Source of the DNA: Patescibacteria group bacterium
GTDB lineage: Bacteria; Patescibacteriota; Microgenomatia; Levybacterales; UBA12049
Length of the DNA: 47,411 nucleotides
Assembly: GCA_030917445.1 (NCBI GenBank)
Contig: JAUPUR010000016.1
Location: 1-47,411 of the forward strand
Reading direction: 5' to 3'
A program made the translations under genes and the position numbers. The notes below the pieces were generated by a model. The model made no database searches, was not told the origin of the DNA, and was given only the letters and a program-made list of their open reading frames with translations. Below, one piece after another: positions 8,875-16,400 of this stretch; positions within the stretch are counted from its first letter, which is position 1; each line of letters starts with the position of its first letter.

Positions 8875-9795
8875 TTAAACAGTGGTAGACCCTTTATAAA
8901 CTTTTGGCGTTAACCAATCTGAAGGAGGTTTTTGTGCTCCGCGATTGTCTTGTTTTACTTCTTGTCTTGGTTGTTCTTGTGGACGCTGTGCTCGTTGTTC
9001 ACGTGGTTGCTGTTGCTGCTGATGTGGTTGATCACGACGTTCTTCTCGTCTTGGAAGAGATGCTGATTGTACGCGGACTGCACCACGTTTCATCAAAATA
9101 GCTGCAATTTCAAACGCTAAATATGATGTTGCTGGACTTTGAAAATTACTTGTTGCTGATGTAATTCCAGCAAGAAGATTTTGTGCAGCATCGATATCAA
9201 TATCCATTTCAAGATTTAAAAGGAGATCAGCAACTTGTTCAGAAAGAGAAGAGAATTTTGGTGAAACAAGCACAATTTGACCAAACCCTTCGTTTTTATC
9301 TGAATTATCAATATTAACAATAGTGACATCTTTTAACGCTTCTTCTGATAACAAAACATTAAGATCTTGCATTGTCTGTGTTCCAATTGCAAAAACAAGG
9401 TCAGACTTATCTGCTCCACGCTTGAATTCAACATCTGTTTCAGAAAAGGTCAATCCAGTTTCACCAGCTTTAACAACAATATTCAAAAATCCGCCATCAA
9501 TTGTATATGATACTTTTTCAATTTCTCCTTCTCTGTAAGGAAATGAAACAACAAGATCTCCTGTTGATCCTTCAGTAGCTCCTTTTACTTTATCTATTCC
9601 AACAAGAGATGAAAGTTCAACAATTGCCTCTGTAGGTGAAAGTACTGATGCTTTTTTATTAAGTGAGTTAAGTGTTAAGTAAAGTGATAGTGCAGCTGCC
9701 ATTTGGTCAACTGTGGGATTTGCAGACACAGCAATAGAGACAGTGTTACTGCGTGCAATTGTGTCCTTAATTCGTTGAAGTGATGTATTGTCCAT
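8875..9795 (-). CDS. Degenerate DHH-domain protein (NrnA/CnpB-like position, catalytic motifs lost, no DHHA1 domain) with Gln/Arg/Pro-rich tail
   Basis: DHH-fold colinearity, but motif I reads SANPTVDQMAAA (expected H..PD.D..GS). Motif III reads IDNSDKNEGFG (expected IDHH..N..FG). Motif IV reads GITSATSNF (expected GI.TDTG.F). The last ~66 aa are low-complexity Q/R/P. Confidence 0.6.
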   Translation of the reverse strand: MDNTSLQRIKDTIARSNTVSIAVSANPTVDQMAAALSLYLTLNSLNKKASVLSPTEAIVELSSLVGIDKVKGATEGSTGDLVVSFPYREGEIEKVSYTIDGGFLNIVVKAGETGLTFSETDVEFKRGADKSDLVFAIGTQTMQDLNVLLSEEALKDVTIVNIDNSDKNEGFGQIVLVSPKFSSLSEQVADLLLNLEMDIDIDAAQNLLAGITSATSNFQSPATSYLAFEIAAILMKRGAVRVQSASLPRREERRDQPHQQQQQPREQRAQRPQEQPRQEVKQDNRGAQKPPSDWLTPKVYKGSTTV

Positions 9796-9806
9796 AATAT
9801 CCTATA

Positions 9807-11267
9807 TTATTCATGGGATATTACCACATCTCCTACCTGAAAGTCAAGCAAAGGGGAGATAATTATGCCTGCTTCATTACCCTTTTCTATCTTAGATATT
9901 GGATTTTTACCAACACGAAGTGAGTTAATTTGAGTCTCACCAATAACCTCATCTCCACGCATGATTCTAGCCTTGTCACCTCGAGCGATTCTCCCATCAA
10001 GAACCTGAATTCCAAGTGCAAATGTTTTTTCAAATGGAAATTTTGCTAGTACCCTTGCTGTACCATAAATCTGCTCTATCATCGCAAGTGCTTTCCCTTC
10101 TAAAACCTCAGAAATCTCGTCCAATAGTTCATAAATAATAGTATAATTTTTCATCAGAACTTTCTCTGTTCGCGCAAATTTTGCAACCTCTGGTCTTATT
10201 TTTATTCCAAATCCAATAATAAGCGCACCAGTTGATTTAGCCATAAGAACATCAGCTTCAGCAATTTCACCTGTTTTTTGTGTAATTATATTTGCTTTTT
10301 TTGGAAGTGCTTGAATAATAGCCTCAAGTGAACCTTCTGTATCTGCCACAAGTATCATAGTTAACTCATCTCCAACTTTTCGTGCTGCGAAGGCCTCTTC
10401 TAGAGTTAAAGATGCTTGAATCTTCTGAGCATCTTGTATAGCTTCATGAACATTTTTTGAAATAATACTTCCAACACTTGGAACTGTTGAAAAGCCACTG
10501 ACTTCAGCTGCCTGACCAATGGTCACTTCTGATACTTGTTTGCCATCATCCGTGACAAGTGATCTTACTCTAAAGCTCCCATTTTCAGAAAATACATCAT
10601 CGCGAACACGCAATGTTCCATCCTTAATTATCACAGTTGCTCTTGGCCCACTTTTTGAATCTAATTTTGATTCAATAATAATTGCTCGTAAGTCTGCATC
10701 TGGTTTTGCAGTTGTCGGATGATCATTTTCGCTCATTTGCTGTACAAGAAGTATAAGATCCAAGAGTTCTTTTATGTTTGTTTGTGTTTTTGCCGAGACT
10801 TCAATTACTGGAACATCTCCACCCATTCCTTCAAGAAGAATATTTTCACTTAAGAGTTGTTGTTTTACTTTTGTGGGATTTTTGGTAGGAAGATCAGACA
10901 TAGTAAGAACGACTATAAATGGAAGCCCTGATGTTTTTAACAGCTGAATACTTTCCCGTGTTTGAGGCATAATACCATCGATCGAGGAAATAATGAGAAG
11001 ACAAATATCTGCAGCTTGGGCTCCTCTTGATCGCATTTTAGTAAATGCTTCATGACCGGGAGTGTCTATAAAAGTTATCTGTCTTTTAACTTCATCATGT
11101 AAAATCTCAACTGAAGATGCTCCTATTTTCTGAGTAATACCACCATGTTCACGCTCTGCAATAGATGATTGGCGAATAGCATCAAGTAGTGTTGTTTTAC
11201 CATGGTCAACATGACCTAAAACGGCTACGACTGGAGGATAAAATGTTGTTGAATTTTCTGTTGCCAT
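9807..11267 (-). CDS. infB: Translation initiation factor IF-2, short form
   Basis: G-domain VAVLGHVDHGKTTLLDAIR, DTPGHEAF. The ORF-track start at 11300 is TTG and abuts the nusA stop. The first ATG is at 11267. Confidence 0.93.
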   Translation of the reverse strand: MATENSTTFYPPVVAVLGHVDHGKTTLLDAIRQSSIAEREHGGITQKIGASSVEILHDEVKRQITFIDTPGHEAFTKMRSRGAQAADICLLIISSIDGIMPQTRESIQLLKTSGLPFIVVLTMSDLPTKNPTKVKQQLLSENILLEGMGGDVPVIEVSAKTQTNIKELLDLILLVQQMSENDHPTTAKPDADLRAIIIESKLDSKSGPRATVIIKDGTLRVRDDVFSENGSFRVRSLVTDDGKQVSEVTIGQAAEVSGFSTVPSVGSIISKNVHEAIQDAQKIQASLTLEEAFAARKVGDELTMILVADTEGSLEAIIQALPKKANIITQKTGEIAEADVLMAKSTGALIIGFGIKIRPEVAKFARTEKVLMKNYTIIYELLDEISEVLEGKALAMIEQIYGTARVLAKFPFEKTFALGIQVLDGRIARGDKARIMRGDEVIGETQINSLRVGKNPISKIEKGNEAGIIISPLLDFQVGDVVISHE

Positions 11268-11300
11268 AATGATGAATGATTTCCGTAAGCTCGCATACAA

Positions 11301-12467
11301 TTACTTTTCTTCGTCGCTTACCGACTCTTGAATTGTTTTATTTTCTTCAACAAGTACTTCTTGAGCTATTTCTTCAACAGCTTCTATACTAGGTGTCTCC
11401 TCAAGACTCTCTGCTTTTATCTCTTCTTCAGAATTAACTTCTCCTACAGGAGCTTCTTCTACAACTTCTTGAGCTATCTCTTCAGTAACTTCTTCTGGTT
11501 CAGAAACAACAACTGGTGATTCGTTTCCTTCAATTTCAATTCTGTATCCTGTAAGTTTTGATGCAAGTCGCACATTTTGTCCTTCTTTACCGATCGCAAG
11601 TGATAACTCTTCTTGTGGAACAAAAACTTTAGCAACTTTTTCGTCTTCATTTAACTCAACTCTTACTTGCTTTGCAGGGGAAAGTGCTGCAGCGATATAT
11701 GATGTTGAATCATCTTGCCATTGAATAATATCAATTTTCTCTAATCCATTAAATTCTTGAATGATTGCTTGAACACGGACACCTTTTTGACCAACGCAAC
11801 TTCCTACTGGATCAATTCCAGGTTGACCTGAATAAACAGCAATTTTTGATCTATTTCCAGGCTCTCTCACAATTGCCTTAATCTCAACGCTTCCTTGTGC
11901 AACTTCTGGTACTTCTCTCTTAAAAAGTCCTTCTAAAAGACCATTGTCAGATCGAGAAACAATAACTTCTTCGCCCTTCAAACCTTCTCTAATTTCTTTA
12001 AGATAGACAACAATTCGTTGATTTTGATGATATTTTTCAGATTGAATTTGTTCTTGGATAGGCATAAGTGCTTCTGCTTTTCCAATATCTACGATAATAT
12101 TAGGACCTGCAAAACGAAGAACAGTTCCATTGACGATCGTTCCCATTTTAATTCTAAAATCGGAAATAATTGCTTCTTTTTCTTTTTCTCTAATCTTTTG
12201 TAAAATTACTTGTTTTGCAGTTTGTGCGGCAATTCTTCCAAAACCTGGAGGAGTGACATCTTCACCATTATGAAGAATTTTTGCTTCACCAGTATTTGGA
12301 TTTAATTCTGCAGCGAACTCCTCTACAACAATATCTGGATGATCTTTTCGATACGCTGCAAGAATCGCATTTTGGACTGTATCTAACACGACCTCAACAT
12401 CAACTCCTCGCTCAGTTGCGACTTGGTTGAGTGCTAAGGCAAATTCACTTCTTTGTATTGCTGGCAT
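11301..12467 (-). CDS. nusA: Transcription termination/antitermination factor NusA with acidic C-terminal tail
   Basis: N-terminal domain, S1 and two KH domains (VGSCVGQKGVRVQAI, LAIGKEGQNVRLASKLTG). Glu-rich ~70-aa tail. Confidence 0.95.
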   Translation of the reverse strand: MPAIQRSEFALALNQVATERGVDVEVVLDTVQNAILAAYRKDHPDIVVEEFAAELNPNTGEAKILHNGEDVTPPGFGRIAAQTAKQVILQKIREKEKEAIISDFRIKMGTIVNGTVLRFAGPNIIVDIGKAEALMPIQEQIQSEKYHQNQRIVVYLKEIREGLKGEEVIVSRSDNGLLEGLFKREVPEVAQGSVEIKAIVREPGNRSKIAVYSGQPGIDPVGSCVGQKGVRVQAIIQEFNGLEKIDIIQWQDDSTSYIAAALSPAKQVRVELNEDEKVAKVFVPQEELSLAIGKEGQNVRLASKLTGYRIEIEGNESPVVVSEPEEVTEEIAQEVVEEAPVGEVNSEEEIKAESLEETPSIEAVEEIAQEVLVEENKTIQESVSDEEK

Positions 12468-12476
12468 AGTCTGTTA

Positions 12477-12505
12477 AGTATACCAGATCTCACGTGTAGC
12501 TTCAA
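12477..12505 (-). promoter_or_regulatory. Putative promoter of nusA-infB operon (TTGAAG-17-TGGTATACT)
   Basis: Minus strand reads TTGAAGctacacgtgagatcTGGTATACTtaacagactATG. The -10 box is 9 nt from the ATG, with no SD. Confidence 0.45.
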
Positions 12506-12517
12506 CCTAAGAGTTTA

Positions 12518-13597
12518 CTATGTACAGATCCCTTGGACAATACTTTCAAAAATATTTGCAAGCCTACTTACACCTCGTACTTCTACATCGTAATATGTAC
12601 TAGATTGGCCAGATGGTGTTGTTGCAACAGATTTCATCAGAGTTCGAAGTCTATCACTTGAATCTACAGGAGACACAAAATAACTATCATCTTCACCACT
12701 CCGAGTATCATAAACAACAACTGAGTAGACTTTACTTTCTCTCTTTAACTGAGCTGTTAAATCTGTACGTGGATCAAGCTCTCTTGCAAAACATTTTTGG
12801 TATGGTCCAGTTGATGTTTGTCTTACAGGTGAACATGAACCCAAATTTTGATCAACAATACTATCTGCGCCTGATCTTTCTGGAACGCCATCTGAAAAAA
12901 CTATTGTTACGTAGTTGTAATCACGAAAATACGATGTTCTTTCTTGAGCCCTATCAAGTCTATCTATAGCTACTTGAAAACCCTGACGCATATAGGTTCC
13001 CCCTAAACCTCCTTGAATAAGAGTATTGACTGCTTGATCAAAGGTAGTCTTATTATCTCTATATTTATTTAAGGCTACGATTTCACGAACACCTCTTGTA
13101 CTTCCATAAGAAAAATCTGTATATGAGCCAAAAGCATACAAACCAATTCCAGTCTCTGGTTGCAATTTATCCTTGAGTAATGTCAATGCACGCTTTAACT
13201 CAACGGTTTTATCTTCAAACTGCATTGAAGCGGATAAATCTGCCAAAACTAAAATTGCAGTTCTATTCAAGCAAGCAGTCGGTGTAACAGTAACTGAAGG
13301 TGACACTGAAGGAGAAGGAACAACCGTTATAGAAGGGATGCGTGTAGGTGTTGGGGTGAAGGTAGGAGTAGGTGAAGGCTTGATTCGAATATCGACTAAT
13401 TGGAGAGAATTTTCAGAACTTCGATTTGCTGACTCCTCATCAATAATTACTTGATCCGACGCTTTTGGATTTGGGCTCAATTGAGGAGTCAGTCCGCCTG
13501 TAAGAGCAAATGCACCAGCCATTGCTGTTGCTAAAATAAATAACACATAGATACTGCCACTTCCTCTAAATGTACGAAATAATAGTTTTCTTTTCAT
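12518..13597 (-). CDS. Membrane-anchored/secreted von Willebrand factor A (vWA) domain protein with Pro/Thr/Ser linker
   Basis: N-terminal TM/signal anchor, PT-rich linker (PSPTPTFTPTPTRIPS..SPSVSPSVTVTPT). MIDAS-type DxSxS (LVLADLSASM) and a downstream VTIVFSDGVPE. Confidence 0.75.
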   Translation of the reverse strand: MKRKLLFRTFRGSGSIYVLFILATAMAGAFALTGGLTPQLSPNPKASDQVIIDEESANRSSENSLQLVDIRIKPSPTPTFTPTPTRIPSITVVPSPSVSPSVTVTPTACLNRTAILVLADLSASMQFEDKTVELKRALTLLKDKLQPETGIGLYAFGSYTDFSYGSTRGVREIVALNKYRDNKTTFDQAVNTLIQGGLGGTYMRQGFQVAIDRLDRAQERTSYFRDYNYVTIVFSDGVPERSGADSIVDQNLGSCSPVRQTSTGPYQKCFARELDPRTDLTAQLKRESKVYSVVVYDTRSGEDDSYFVSPVDSSDRLRTLMKSVATTPSGQSSTYYDVEVRGVSRLANIFESIVQGICT

Positions 13598-13603
13598 ATC
13601 ACT

Positions 13604-13632
13604 ACTCTAAGAGCAACTCCATTTAGTGTCAA
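13604..13632 (-). promoter_or_regulatory. Putative promoter of the vWA gene (TTGACA-17-TAGAGT), -35 overlapping the upstream TGA stop
   Basis: Minus strand reads TTGACActaaatggagttgctctTAGAGTagtgatATG. The -10 box is 6 nt from the ATG. Confidence 0.4.
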
Positions 13633-16034
13633 GAAACAACGATATTAAATTCATTGTTTTCAACTGAAACAACAATGGTGCTCCCTCTCACTATTTCATT
13701 TGAAAGCATTTTTTTTGAAATGAGATCTTCAAGTGTATCTTGTATATAACGTCTTATTGGACGGGCACCGAACTGTGGATCAAATCCGTCAAGCGAAATT
13801 TTTTCTATCACTTTATCGCTAAATGAAATATTTATATCCTTTTCTTTCATTCTTAAAATAAGTTCTTCAAGAAGTAGCTTTGATATTTTTGCAAGCTCAT
13901 CAGTATTTAATGGTCTAAATGTCACAATATCATCAAATCTATTTAATAATTCTGGTTTAAATAACTGCTGAGTTTGAAGAAAATCTACAAGCTTTTTTGA
14001 ATCAAGAGTTCTTCCATTTTTAACTTCTTCGCTAATATACGCGGAACCAGCATTTGATGTTGCGATAATAATAGTATTAACAAAAGAGATAGTTCTACCC
14101 TTATTATCAGTGAGTCTTCCATCATCAAGTACTTGCAAAAAGAGATCTAAAATTCTTGGATGTGCTTTTTCAAATTCATCAAGAAGAACTAAAGAATAAG
14201 GATTGTCTTTTACCTTCTCTGTTAACTCACCTCGTTCGTCTCCATCACCAGGAGCTGAGCCTAACAATCTCTTTTCACCACTACTATCAGCGTATTCACT
14301 CATATCAAGCCGTATCATGGAGCGTGTCCCACCAAAATATATTTCAGAAAGTGTTTTTGCAGTCTCTGTTTTACCCACACCTGTTGGACCCAGGAATAGA
14401 AACGAAGTTGGGCGTTTTTTATCAACCATTCCTGATCGAAGTCTTCGAAGTGCCTGAGAAAGGACTTTAATAGCCTCATCTTGACCAACAATTTTTTTAT
14501 GAAGTGTTCCTTCTAGATTGAGCAGTAATTCTTTTTCTTTTTGATCTGGTTCAGAAAGTGCAATATGTGTCTTATCTTCAACAGACTTTGTCACTATTTC
14601 TGCTGTAACATATCTTTTTTTTGTAAAACTCATAACAGGGGAGGATGATTGGAGAACTCTTTCTGCAGTATCTTGAAGAAGTCTAATAGCACTTCCAGGA
14701 AGCTGCATATCTTGCATATATCTATCTCCTAGAGCAACTGCTGCAACAATCGCATTGTATGTAATTGCAATTGATGACCTTTTCTCAAGATCAGTACTAA
14801 ACTCCATCAACATTCTTCGAGCTAACTCTTCTTCAGGCTCGGTAAGAGTTATTGGAGTAAAAAGTTGAGCAAGTGGCTTACCTTCAAGGTAGGTTTTGAA
14901 ATTCCCTGGAGTAATGGATGCAACAATTGGAAATTCACCACTCTGTAAATATGGATACAGAGCTCCAGAAAGATCCATAGAGAATGATGAAGATCCTAAA
15001 ATGTCTTGCAATTCTGGGATATACATGATCACATTTCCTGAATGAGATACCTCTTCAATAATAGCTTGAAGCCTTGTTTCAAGATCTCCTCTGTTTGCTG
15101 CGCCTGCAATAAGTGGCCCTACAAGAATTTCAAGTATTTTCTTGTGTCTTGTATGTGGAGTACTTTTCCCTGTATAACTATCAATTGCAAAACGCCTCAT
15201 TATTCCTTCTTTTCCCGATCCTTGCTCACCAACGAGAAGAATATTATTGTTTTGTGGCTTTGCCAGTGTTTCTTGAAAAAGTTCAAACTCTTTCTCACGT
15301 CCGAAAACGGATGTATTTTTCTGCATTGCATCAAAACTAAAATCTCGGGTATATTTCTGAGTCTCAGGAGTCCATCCAGTTACTAGGCCATCTCCAACGC
15401 CACTACCACTTAAATGTACTTCTAATTTTTGAGGTTTCTCTTCATTCTGGAACTTGAACCTTGTCCATCTCAAAATATTCATAAAATCACTTTCTCTAAG
15501 TTTTTTTGAAAGAAGTAGTTTCACATCTTTCTCAACATACAGAATATATGCTGCTAAAATGTCTGCAGTCGTTATGTACGTTCCATCGACAGACTTTGCG
15601 AGTTTATAAGCGTATTTAATGAGAGTACCTGCATCGATTTGACTATGAGGCAATTCTTGAGGCGAAATCTGAGCTCTTTCAAGAAGAAAATGTGCTTGTT
15701 TTGTAGATAGTAAATGAACAACGAGGTCTTCAGCAGATTCTGAACTGTAGAGAGCATATAAAACAGCTTGAGTACATGCTGCAATCGCTTCCTCTTCATT
15801 TATATTTTGCAATGTCTGGGCAGGTTTTAAACGAGATACTTTGTAGCGATAAAAAATCTCTGTCATGAGAAAAATATTGAGAAAAAATAAAGGCAAACTA
15901 TAATCGCCTTGTTGTGACAAAACCCCAAAGAGAACCAGTAATAAACAAACAAAGATAAAAAGTCTGACCGTACGTACTAGTGCTGATCTATAAAAAGCAT
16001 AGAGAGTAATAAATTGTTTTTGTGACGCTACCAT
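13629..16034 (-). CDS. Membrane-anchored Hsp100/Clp-family double-AAA+ protein with degenerate D1 ring and no pore-loop aromatics
   Basis: Two N-terminal TM helices and a Clp_N-like repeat region. D1 Walker A is GEQGSGKEG (Thr->Glu), D1 Walker B is IMYIPELQ (Asp->Pro), and the D1 pore loop is AGAANRGDLE (no Tyr). D2 is intact for ATP binding (GPTGVGKT, LVLLDEFEKAHP, GARPIRR), but its pore loop is GSAPGDGDERGE instead of GAPPGYVGYEEGG. Confidence 0.85.
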   Translation of the reverse strand: MVASQKQFITLYAFYRSALVRTVRLFIFVCLLLVLFGVLSQQGDYSLPLFFLNIFLMTEIFYRYKVSRLKPAQTLQNINEEEAIAACTQAVLYALYSSESAEDLVVHLLSTKQAHFLLERAQISPQELPHSQIDAGTLIKYAYKLAKSVDGTYITTADILAAYILYVEKDVKLLLSKKLRESDFMNILRWTRFKFQNEEKPQKLEVHLSGSGVGDGLVTGWTPETQKYTRDFSFDAMQKNTSVFGREKEFELFQETLAKPQNNNILLVGEQGSGKEGIMRRFAIDSYTGKSTPHTRHKKILEILVGPLIAGAANRGDLETRLQAIIEEVSHSGNVIMYIPELQDILGSSSFSMDLSGALYPYLQSGEFPIVASITPGNFKTYLEGKPLAQLFTPITLTEPEEELARRMLMEFSTDLEKRSSIAITYNAIVAAVALGDRYMQDMQLPGSAIRLLQDTAERVLQSSSPVMSFTKKRYVTAEIVTKSVEDKTHIALSEPDQKEKELLLNLEGTLHKKIVGQDEAIKVLSQALRRLRSGMVDKKRPTSFLFLGPTGVGKTETAKTLSEIYFGGTRSMIRLDMSEYADSSGEKRLLGSAPGDGDERGELTEKVKDNPYSLVLLDEFEKAHPRILDLFLQVLDDGRLTDNKGRTISFVNTIIIATSNAGSAYISEEVKNGRTLDSKKLVDFLQTQQLFKPELLNRFDDIVTFRPLNTDELAKISKLLLEELILRMKEKDINISFSDKVIEKISLDGFDPQFGARPIRRYIQDTLEDLISKKMLSNEIVRGSTIVVSVENNEFNIVVS

Positions 16035-16357
16035 ATTAAGATGAGAACTGTTAAGACTGGAAAAAGTAAAAATCCACCCAAAAGAAAAAGCTCCACAAGT
16101 AACAATCCTGCAAATAATAAAAGATCTACTACTATGAATATTGTTTTTACAGCTATTCCCATCCCTAGTGAAAATCCAACAAGCCCTTTTCTGTATTCAT
16201 TTTTAAGCGGTTGAAAATAGGTTCTGAGAAAGAGTGGAAGTGAAAAGAGTTGAAAAAACGCTTGATTTAATGAAAGAAAATAATCAAGCATTCTCGAAGG
16301 TACCTCAAAATACCAAAACCTAAAGAAATATAATGGGAGTGTGAGCAGTAATGGCAT
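16028..16357 (-). CDS. Small polytopic membrane protein (hypothetical), 7-nt overlap with downstream Clp-like gene
   Basis: 109-aa hydrophobic ORF with ATG at 16357. Its stop TAG overlaps ATG 16034 (ATGGTAG). Confidence 0.5.
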   Translation of the reverse strand: MPLLLTLPLYFFRFWYFEVPSRMLDYFLSLNQAFFQLFSLPLFLRTYFQPLKNEYRKGLVGFSLGMGIAVKTIFIVVDLLLFAGLLLVELFLLGGFLLFPVLTVLILIW

Positions 16358-16400
16358 GTTTCACTTAAAAGTATAAGTGCTTTTGAGGCAAAGAACAAGT

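Noticed and set aside
12491-12497. Shared ACACGTG motif in the nusA promoter spacer and in the 41502-41511 palindrome, considered as a common operator.
   Set aside because: CACGTG also occurs inside coding regions (e.g. near 6326 and 33530). Two intergenic hits are too few to claim a regulon without a genome-wide scan.
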